A stretch of 64,000 nt of DNA from an uncultured Chitinophagaceae bacterium (GTDB lineage Bacteria > Bacteroidota > Ignavibacteria > UBA10030 > UBA8401): NCBI GenBank assembly GCA_964603685.1, contig CAZRWF010000003.1, positions 13,501 through 77,500 of the forward strand. Direction: 5' to 3'. The position numbers and the translations under genes are program-made. The notes under the pieces were generated by a model that saw only the letters and a list, made by a program, of their open reading frames with translations, was not told the DNA's origin and did no database searches. Positions 57,276 through 64,000 of this stretch are shown in pieces. Each line of letters begins with the position of its first letter. The stretch's first letter is position 1.

Positions 57276-58157
57276 TTAACTCGCTTTTTTCAACGCTTCG
57301 GCGCCGCCGACGATTTCGAGCAATTCTTTCGTGATGGCGGCCTGGCGCGCCTTGTTATAGTTCAACTGCAATACTTTGATCAAATCGCGCGCATTGGTCG
57401 ATGCGTTTTCCATCGCCGACATCCGCGCTCCTTGTTCCGCCGCGTTCGAATCGAGCAGCACGCGCCAGAACTGGAAGTTGAGATGTTTCGGCACCAGGGC
57501 GGAAACGATCTCGTCGCTGGCCGGTTCATAGATATAATCCGTACCGTGCGCCGGTCCGCCCGACGTCTGCGGCACCACCGGAAGGAACTGTGCGATCGTT
57601 AATTTCTGCTGGACGGCGTTTTTAAATTCGTTGGAGATAATCTCCACCGTGTCGTATTCCCCCTTCAAAAAACCGTCGGTCACTTCCGCGACGATCATCT
57701 TTGCGGTAGCGAAGTTCATCTGATTGTACACGCCGACATGTTTGCCGATCACTTCATAATTCCGCTTGCTGAAGAAATCGTATCCTTTTTTCCCGACGCA
57801 GATCAATTTCACTTTGCCGGCCTTATTCATCTCGGCGTAGTTCGTTTTGATGTGATTCACCGCCGCTTTGATGATGTTGCTGTTGAACGCGCCGCAGAGT
57901 CCGCGGTCCGCCGTCACCACCACGATCGCCACCGCTTTCACTTCGCGCCGTTCAAACTGCGGATATTTCGTCACGTCCACCTGTCCGGAAAGATGGGAAA
58001 GGAGCTCCTGCATCTTTCGTGCATAGGGGCGCGCCGCCACGATCGCGTCGGTCGCACGGCGAAGTTTCGCCGCCGCCACCATTTTCATCGCTTTGGTGAT
58101 CTTCTGTGTACTTTTGACGCCGCTGATGCGCTGGCGTATTTCTCGTAAGGTGGCCAT
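57276..58157 (-). CDS. atpG: ATP synthase F1 gamma subunit
   Basis: 293 aa; MATLREIRQRISGVKSTQKITKAMKMVAAAKL. Confidence 0.95.
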   Translation of the reverse strand: MATLREIRQRISGVKSTQKITKAMKMVAAAKLRRATDAIVAARPYARKMQELLSHLSGQVDVTKYPQFERREVKAVAIVVVTADRGLCGAFNSNIIKAAVNHIKTNYAEMNKAGKVKLICVGKKGYDFFSKRNYEVIGKHVGVYNQMNFATAKMIVAEVTDGFLKGEYDTVEIISNEFKNAVQQKLTIAQFLPVVPQTSGGPAHGTDYIYEPASDEIVSALVPKHLNFQFWRVLLDSNAAEQGARMSAMENASTNARDLIKVLQLNYNKARQAAITKELLEIVGGAEALKKAS

Positions 58158-58163
58158 GAAAAA

Positions 58164-59711
58164 TTACGCTGCTTTGAATGTGGTCAAAAAGTCCTTCACG
58201 ATCGCCTGGATCTGCTTCGCAATATCGTCGGTCAAATCTTTTTTCTCGGCGATGGCGGTCAGAAGTGCCTTATGCTTCAATTCGAACATTTGCAGGAATT
58301 CCTTTTCGAACTGTTGCACTTTATCCACCGGCAGTTCATCCAGGAATCCGTTCGTGCCGAGATAGATCATCACCACCTGTTTTTCCACCGTGAGCGGAAC
58401 GTATTGTCCCTGTTTGAGCAATTCCACCAACCGGGCGCCGCGGCGCAGCTGCTGCTGCGTGGCTTTGTCCAGATCGGAACCGAATTTCGCGAATGCTTCC
58501 AGTTCGCGGTATTGCGCCAGCTCCAGACGGAGACGGCCGGCCACTTTTTTCATCGCTTTGATCTGTGCGTTTCCGCCGACACGCGATACCGAGATACCGA
58601 CGTTAATAGCGGGACGAACACCGGCGTTGAACAGGTTCGGTTCAAGATAAATTTGACCGTCGGTAATCGAGATCACGTTGGTGGGAATGTATGCCGACAC
58701 GTCACCCGCCTGCGTTTCGATAATCGGCAGCGCGGTCAAACTTCCGCCCCCTTCTTCGTCGCTCAATTTGGATGACCGTTCCAGCAAACGCGAGTGCAGA
58801 TAAAACACGTCGCCCGGATACGCTTCGCGTCCCGGAGGACGGCGGAGCAGCAGCGACACCTGCCGGTACGCGGCCGCTTGTTTGGAAAGATCGTCGTACA
58901 CCACCAGCGCATCGCGACCGCTGTCGCGGAAAAATTCGCCCAGTGTGGCTCCGGAATACGGAGCGACGAACTGCATCGGCGCCGGATCGCTCGCGTTGGC
59001 GGCAATCACGGTGGTGTAGGCCATCGCCCCCTCTTCCTGCAATTTCCCGACCACCTGCGCCACGGTCGATCCTTTTTGGCCGACCGCCACATAGATACAA
59101 TAGACGGGACGGATCCCCTGCTTCTTCGCTTCTTCGGTGTGCGTATATTTTTGATTGATGATCGCATCAAGCGCCACGGCGGTTTTTCCCGTCTGACGGT
59201 CGCCGATGATGAGCTGACGTTGGCCGCGTCCGATCGGGATCATGCCGTCGACCGATTTTAATCCGGTCTGCAGCGCCTGTTTCACCGGTTGACGCTGAAT
59301 GACGCCGAGCGCTTTCCGTTCGATCGGAGAAAATTTATCCGTTTTGATCGGCCCGCGTCCGTCCACCGGCTGTCCGAGCGGATTGATCACGCGTCCGAGC
59401 ATCGCTTCGCCGACCGGCATAGAGGCGACACGGTTCGTCCGTTTGACGGTGTCCCCTTCTTTGATCTTCGTATCGTCCCCGAAGAGAATACAGCCGACGT
59501 TGTCCTCTTCCAGGTTCAGCACCATGCCGAAAACGTCGTTCGGAAATTCGACGAGTTCGCCGGCCATACATTGCGAAAGGCCGTACACACGGGCGATACC
59601 GTCTCCCACCTGGAGAACCGTACCGACATCGTACACATCTACTTCTTTTTCGTATCCGGCAAGCTGTTTGCGGAGGATCGCGGTAATTTCATCGGGTCGA
59701 ACTTCAGCCAT
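58164..59711 (-). CDS. atpA: ATP synthase F1 alpha subunit
   Basis: 515 aa; Walker A GDRQTGKT. Confidence 0.95.
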   Translation of the reverse strand: MAEVRPDEITAILRKQLAGYEKEVDVYDVGTVLQVGDGIARVYGLSQCMAGELVEFPNDVFGMVLNLEEDNVGCILFGDDTKIKEGDTVKRTNRVASMPVGEAMLGRVINPLGQPVDGRGPIKTDKFSPIERKALGVIQRQPVKQALQTGLKSVDGMIPIGRGQRQLIIGDRQTGKTAVALDAIINQKYTHTEEAKKQGIRPVYCIYVAVGQKGSTVAQVVGKLQEEGAMAYTTVIAANASDPAPMQFVAPYSGATLGEFFRDSGRDALVVYDDLSKQAAAYRQVSLLLRRPPGREAYPGDVFYLHSRLLERSSKLSDEEGGGSLTALPIIETQAGDVSAYIPTNVISITDGQIYLEPNLFNAGVRPAINVGISVSRVGGNAQIKAMKKVAGRLRLELAQYRELEAFAKFGSDLDKATQQQLRRGARLVELLKQGQYVPLTVEKQVVMIYLGTNGFLDELPVDKVQQFEKEFLQMFELKHKALLTAIAEKKDLTDDIAKQIQAIVKDFLTTFKAA

Positions 59712-59726
59712 GTCCTTTGTTCCTTC

Positions 59727-60278
59727 TTAATTATTGTACGAACCTTGTTTTAATTTCTGATGTAAAATCTCCAGTTGGCGTTTGATGCTGCCGTCGAGCA
59801 CCGTATCCCCCACGCGCGCAACAAATCCCCCTTTGATCGACCGGTCGATGCTGAAGGTGATCTCCACCTTCTTTTTGGTCATCACTTCCAATTGTTTTTG
59901 CAGGTCTTTTTCCTGTTTTGCGGAAAAGTCGACGCTCGTCGTGACGCTCACGCGCACGATGCCGAGTTGTTCGTCCCGCCGGACGAAATATTGTTTCAAA
60001 ATTTCACCGAGAACGTCTTCGCGTCCTTTTTCCACAATCTCATTCACGAATCCCAGCACCGTTTCGCCGACCTTCTTCTTCAGCACATCGCGGAGAATCG
60101 CCTGTTTTTTTTCCTTCGGCACAATGGGGCTCGCCAACACGGCGCGCAGTTCCCGCGAACCGTCGATGGCGTTTTTTACGATCTGCAGGTCGCTTGCCAC
60201 GGTGTCCGGTTTTTTTTGTTCGTTCGTCAGCGCCATCAAGGCGGAGGCGTAACGGTTGGCTACTCTCAGGTTGCTCAT
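59727..60278 (-). CDS. atpH: ATP synthase F1 delta (OSCP) subunit
   Basis: 183 aa; OSCP-like; operon position. Confidence 0.8.
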   Translation of the reverse strand: MSNLRVANRYASALMALTNEQKKPDTVASDLQIVKNAIDGSRELRAVLASPIVPKEKKQAILRDVLKKKVGETVLGFVNEIVEKGREDVLGEILKQYFVRRDEQLGIVRVSVTTSVDFSAKQEKDLQKQLEVMTKKKVEITFSIDRSIKGGFVARVGDTVLDGSIKRQLEILHQKLKQGSYNN

Positions 60279-60817
60279 CAGTTATTCTGTAATTGTTGAA
60301 GCGCTTTGTCGACCATTTTTTTCTGTTTGGCGCCGTCCAGCGACTCATCAAGGATTTTTTCGGCGACGGCGATCGAAAGATCGGCCACTTCGCTGCGGAG
60401 CTGCGCCATGGCGGAATCCTTCTCGCGCGCAATCTCTTCTTTCGCCTGATCGAGCATCTTTTTCGCGTTGTCGTTCGCTTTCGCCACGATGTCGCTCTTC
60501 AATTGTTCGGCCATCGCGCGCCCTTCGGCGATAAGCCGGGCGGTTTCGTTGCTCGCCTTTTCCATCGCGATCCGGTTCTCATTCATCATCCGTTCGGCAT
60601 CTTTCTTCGCTTCTTCCGCTTTTTTGAGCGCGTCGGCGATCTCCTGTTCGCGGGAGTGGAGCGCCGCGAGGATCGGTTTCCAGGCGAATTTGCCGAGCAC
60701 GAGCACGAGCGTCACGAAGGTGATGATCGTCCAGACGATCAATCCGGTGTCGATTTTCAGCAGCGGATTTCCGGAATCTCCGCTCAACAGCATCAGGGAA
60801 ACAATAAACGTCGGCAT
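60278..60817 (-). CDS. atpF: ATP synthase Fo b subunit
   Basis: 179 aa; N-terminal TM helix then long charged coiled coil. Confidence 0.8.
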   Translation of the reverse strand: MPTFIVSLMLLSGDSGNPLLKIDTGLIVWTIITFVTLVLVLGKFAWKPILAALHSREQEIADALKKAEEAKKDAERMMNENRIAMEKASNETARLIAEGRAMAEQLKSDIVAKANDNAKKMLDQAKEEIAREKDSAMAQLRSEVADLSIAVAEKILDESLDGAKQKKMVDKALQQLQNN

Positions 60818-60849
60818 TGTCTTCTCAGTTGACTATAAAAAAATATGAA

Positions 60850-60873
60850 GGCGGGAAGAACGGTCTTCCCGCC
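60850..60873 (-). terminator. Intercistronic stem-loop (partial terminator / mRNA stabiliser) between atpE and atpF
   Basis: Perfect 10-bp stem GGCGGGAAGA-ACGG-TCTTCCCGCC; on the minus strand it is followed by TTCATATTTTTTTAT. Confidence 0.5.
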
Positions 60874-60885
60874 GTAATTCCCGAA

Positions 60886-61107
60886 TTACTTCGTTGCCAG
60901 AATGATGCAGATAACGAAGCAAAACAGCACGGCCCCTTCGATGAGCGCCGCAGCGATGATCATCGAGCCGCGGACGGATCCCGCCGCTTCCGGTTGACGG
61001 CCCATTGCTTCCATTGCCGCTGCCGCGAGTTTACCGATGCCGAGCCCGCCGCCGATGACCGCCATGCCCATGCCGAGTCCTGCTGCCAAAAGTCCGAGTG
61101 ATTCCAT
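60886..61107 (-). CDS. atpE: ATP synthase Fo c subunit
   Basis: 73 aa; two TM hairpin with GLGIG...conserved carboxylate E in ALIEGAVLF. Confidence 0.9.
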   Translation of the reverse strand: MESLGLLAAGLGMGMAVIGGGLGIGKLAAAAMEAMGRQPEAAGSVRGSMIIAAALIEGAVLFCFVICIILATK

Positions 61108-61167
61108 TGTAATGTTCCTTATAGTTGGTATGAGTGAATGATGTTGATTACTGAAATTGGTTGACGA

Positions 61168-62148
61168 TTAATGATGTTCCGCCGCATGTTCATCATGGCC
61201 TTCCGTTTGTATCCCCATGCCCATGAAAATGGAGGTCAACATGGTGAAAATGTACGCCTGCACCAGCGCGACGAAGAGTTCCAGCATGTTCACCGCCACC
61301 GCCAGCGGAACCGAGACGAGTCCGACCGCGGAGTGTTGGAAGATGAAGATCAATCCGATCAATGCAAGAATGACAATATGGCCCGCCGTCATGTTGGCGA
61401 ACAGACGGATGCACAACGCGAACGGTTTAATGAAGAGCCCGAGAAATTCGATCGGCACCATGATCGGCCACATCGCCCAGTGTGTGCCGCCGGTAAGATG
61501 GGCAAGGTAATGGCCGAGCCCTTGCGCGCGGATCGCGGAGAATTGGATCATCACAAAGGCGATAATCGCCAATCCGGCAGTGACGTTAATATTGCCGGTA
61601 GAAGAGGCGCCGTACGGAATTAATCCGATGAGATTCATCACGAGGATGAAGAAAAAATTGGTGAGCAGGTACGGAAGATATTTCAATCCGCCTTTGCCCA
61701 TGTTCGGCAGAACGATCTCATCGCGGATGAACACGACGAGGATCTCCACGAGATTGCCGAATCCTCTCGGCACTTTGTTCTTCGTGTTTTTGCGCGCCAC
61801 CGCGATCAATCCGATGGTCAACAGCAGTGCGGAGAAGAGAAGAAAAAACACATGCTTGGAGATGACGATGTCGATGCCGAGCACGTTGAACGCCGGAAGT
61901 TCCATTCCGTGGATGGACGGATCGGGATTATGATAGAACGGAATGTCGAGATACCGGCTGTCATAAATATGGTGCAGCAGCACGTTAAAATCGAACGGTT
62001 CCCCGGAAGTGGAGAGGGAATCGGCCGCCGTGCGCACCGTATCGGCTGCCGCGGCATTCACCGTTTGTACTTCTGAATTGTTGATCCAAGAAAACACGTC
62101 GTACCTGATTATGAATCGATCGATGATTGTTGAACAGTGGATTGCCAC
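61168..62148 (-). CDS. atpB: ATP synthase Fo a subunit (start uncertain; N-terminus overlaps atpI by ~40 nt)
   Basis: 326 aa; conserved Arg in ...LCIRLFANMTAGH; polytopic. Confidence 0.85.
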   Translation of the reverse strand: MAIHCSTIIDRFIIRYDVFSWINNSEVQTVNAAAADTVRTAADSLSTSGEPFDFNVLLHHIYDSRYLDIPFYHNPDPSIHGMELPAFNVLGIDIVISKHVFFLLFSALLLTIGLIAVARKNTKNKVPRGFGNLVEILVVFIRDEIVLPNMGKGGLKYLPYLLTNFFFILVMNLIGLIPYGASSTGNINVTAGLAIIAFVMIQFSAIRAQGLGHYLAHLTGGTHWAMWPIMVPIEFLGLFIKPFALCIRLFANMTAGHIVILALIGLIFIFQHSAVGLVSVPLAVAVNMLELFVALVQAYIFTMLTSIFMGMGIQTEGHDEHAAEHH

Positions 62149-62519
62149 GAGGTGTGGAGATACAGCACCTCCAAACCCAAAAAAATCACATACAGAGTAA
62201 ACAGGGACACAACCAGGGCCAGCGCATGCACTTTCACCAGCCAGATCAGCACTAACAACGCCGCCGCCATCAATAACAATCGGACGGCGATCCCCCCCAG
62301 CACAATATTGATGAATCCGGAATACGATTTTCCCGCCGACAGTTCGATCGCCGCATATCCCAGCAGCGCATTCACGAGACTCAACACATAACCGATGATC
62401 GATGCATTCACCACTTCCGGTGATCCGTATGTCGTCAACGGATACGCTGCCAGCGCGGGCACAATTACCGCGGCACCGAGGATCTGCCGGAACAACCGGA
62501 GGTTAAACTTTGCTGCCAC
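62109..62519 (-). CDS. atpI: ATP synthase protein I-like membrane protein
   Basis: 136 aa, four hydrophobic helices, immediately upstream of atpB. Confidence 0.45.
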   Translation of the reverse strand: MAAKFNLRLFRQILGAAVIVPALAAYPLTTYGSPEVVNASIIGYVLSLVNALLGYAAIELSAGKSYSGFINIVLGGIAVRLLLMAAALLVLIWLVKVHALALVVSLFTLYVIFLGLEVLYLHTSWQSTVQQSSIDS

Positions 62520-62769
62520 GTTCGCGATCTTCCTTCTCTCCCATTTCCGTTGCCATCCGGAAGAATTTGATCATACTTCCGGTGAATCCAAAAACGATGC
62601 CGATGATCATCAGCCACGGTGTTGTTCCCCAGAGCTCATCCGCATATTTCCCGATGAAGAGGAACACCGTTACGGCCAGTGCCATTTGCAGCCCGAGCGT
62701 CATATACGGCGCCGCCGACCGCAACACTTCACCCGCTTTTTTCTCGTCGCTCCCTTGCGTGTTCATCAA
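62503..62769 (-). CDS. atpZ: AtpZ/AtpR-family small membrane protein (putative F0F1-ATPase-associated subunit)
   Basis: 88 aa; two TM helices with a conserved Arg; first gene of the atp operon. Confidence 0.45.
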   Translation of the reverse strand: MMNTQGSDEKKAGEVLRSAAPYMTLGLQMALAVTVFLFIGKYADELWGTTPWLMIIGIVFGFTGSMIKFFRMATEMGEKEDRERGSKV

Positions 62770-62784
62770 CGGGAGGCTTTCCGG

Positions 62785-63144
62785 TTAATAGTTTTGTCCG
62801 GCGGGCCGATTTTCCGTCATGGAGATCCGTCCGTCGAACACCGCACCTTCGTCGATCACCAAACGGGACGCTTTAACGTCTCCTTTGACGACCGCTTTTC
62901 CTTCCAGCACCAATTTTTCCACCGACGTGATATTCCCCCGCACTTTCCCTCCGACAGTCACGTTCCGTCCGTTTACCGCCCCTTCGATCTCGCCCGTAAC
63001 GCCGACGGCAAGATTTTCCGCCGCATGCACTTCGCCGGTCACTTTACCGTCCACCCGGATGCTGCCTTGTGTCCGGATCTTCCCATCCACGGTAGTGCCG
63101 GCGCCGATGAGGTTCAAATTTTTTATCGCATTGTTGTCTGCCAT
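62785..63144 (-). CDS. Bactofilin (CcmA-like polymer-forming cytoskeletal protein)
   Basis: 119 aa; beta-helical repeats IRVDGKVTGEVHAAENLAVGVTGEIEGAVNGRNVTVGGKVRGNI. Confidence 0.8.
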   Translation of the reverse strand: MADNNAIKNLNLIGAGTTVDGKIRTQGSIRVDGKVTGEVHAAENLAVGVTGEIEGAVNGRNVTVGGKVRGNITSVEKLVLEGKAVVKGDVKASRLVIDEGAVFDGRISMTENRPAGQNY

Positions 63145-63992
63145 CAGAGTTCGCTCGCGATCAGGTAATCGTTAGGGTTCTGTGCTTTTCCGTTGCTCCA
63201 AATTTCAAAATGCAGATGCGGGCCGAAACTTGTCCGCCCCGAATTGCCGAGCAGGGCGATCGGTTCGCCCCGTTTCACAAAATCTCCCGCACTTTTCAAG
63301 ACCGTCTGATTGTGTTTGTAAATCGTCAAATACCCTCCGCCGTGCGAGAGGATCAGCAGATGTCCGTCGTCCGCGGAATATCCGGAGAAGATCACGTATC
63401 CATCCGCCGCGGCAACGATCAGCGATCCGATCTTTCCGGCATAGTCGATGCCGTTATGCCCCTTGTCCGATTCGAACCTTCGCGACACAAATCCGGTCGC
63501 GGGTGCGATAATCGGAAATTCCGCCCGGAACGTCGCTTCCTCTTTTTTGGCCGACGCCGGAAGATATGTCACCGAAGGACGACGATCCGTGCTCCCGTTC
63601 GAAAGAACTTGTTCGCGCTCCGGCTGCGGTTCATCCTCCATCCCCACCGGGAGATCCTTCGGCACATCCACGATGGCGAAATTGAACGTGCTGTCCGCCG
63701 GAATTTCTTTTTGACCTAATGCACTGCGTAATTTGTTGTTGTATTCTCGGAGAACAAGCACTTCGGAAGAGAGTGTGTTCAACCGTTTTTGTACCTCGAA
63801 CAATTCAGAACCGTACCGCTTCTGCAACTGTTCTTCGGACATCGGAAGGAGCAATCCCGCCGGCGTGTACACGATCGACGCGATGGTCAGCGAAGCGATC
63901 AATATCACGACTGCGATTCCGGCAAGGGATATCGTCAATACAGAGGCTGTGTAAGAGCGGGTCGAACCGGTATCTCCCCGCGGGATCACCAC
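63144..63992 (-). CDS. M23-family metallo-endopeptidase with N-terminal TM anchor and coiled coil
   Basis: 282 aa; HNGIDYAG ... GNSGRTSFGPHLHFEI (H-x-x-x-D and H-x-H motifs); 1-nt overlap with bactofilin. Confidence 0.8.
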   Translation of the reverse strand: MVIPRGDTGSTRSYTASVLTISLAGIAVVILIASLTIASIVYTPAGLLLPMSEEQLQKRYGSELFEVQKRLNTLSSEVLVLREYNNKLRSALGQKEIPADSTFNFAIVDVPKDLPVGMEDEPQPEREQVLSNGSTDRRPSVTYLPASAKKEEATFRAEFPIIAPATGFVSRRFESDKGHNGIDYAGKIGSLIVAAADGYVIFSGYSADDGHLLILSHGGGYLTIYKHNQTVLKSAGDFVKRGEPIALLGNSGRTSFGPHLHFEIWSNGKAQNPNDYLIASEL

Positions 63993-64000
63993 AATTTCAA

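Noticed and set aside
1-64000. CRISPR arrays, tRNA/rRNA genes, transposases, integrases, phage genes
   Set aside because: No periodic short repeats with spacers and no tRNA-like GC-rich ~75-nt structures in any intergenic gap (all gaps under 600 bp were inspected). No transposase/integrase/recombinase-like ORF was seen.

Overview
This 64 kb window is GC-rich (about 60% by eye) and almost entirely core chromosome. No mobile elements, CRISPR arrays, rRNA or tRNA genes were found. On the minus strand, 1..17594 carries a nearly complete division/cell-wall (dcw) operon: mraZ-rsmH-ftsL-ftsI-murE-murF-mraY-murD-ftsW-murG-[three inserted small genes]-murC-ftsQ-ftsA-ftsZ(5' end). Behind that sit mfd, a small accessory stretch (ATP-grasp protein, lipoprotein, M3 peptidase, serB, 2-hydroxyacid dehydrogenase, NUDIX, a two-component system, a secreted protein with tandem GH2_N-like carbohydrate-binding domains, two MGDG-synthase-like glycosyltransferases, ApaG, a beta-lactamase-fold hydrolase), and a T9SS-CTD glycoside-hydrolase-like protein. 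A minus-strand block follows: DinB / APC permease / Rieske oxygenase / TerB-like receiver protein, then an OMP - Tyr/Pro-rich lipoprotein - lipoprotein - OMP cluster, cysS, recN, an MqnA-like gene, rplS-trmD-rimM-KH-rpsP-ffh, an F-type ATP synthase operon (atpZ-atpI-atpBEFHAG, no atpDC), bactofilin and an M23 peptidase. A T9SS C-terminal sorting domain, SD-like ribosome-binding sites and a futalosine-pathway gene point to a GC-rich member of the FCB group (Chlorobi / Ignavibacteria / Rhodothermus-like); that assignment is inference. Many junctions use 4-bp ATGA (once GTGA) start/stop overlaps. The best candidates for something new are: (1) a three-gene insert of MORN/YwqK-repeat lipoproteins plus a bacterial-PH membrane protein, translationally coupled inside the dcw operon between murG and murC; (2) a pair of lipoproteins with an extremely Tyr/Pro-rich segment, shared 'RTDGxTRD' repeats and a single CxxCH motif, flanked by two outer-membrane beta-barrel genes; (3) an overlapping operon of a TerB/TPR protein with an atypical (Asp->Glu) receiver, a Rieske oxygenase and an APC permease.
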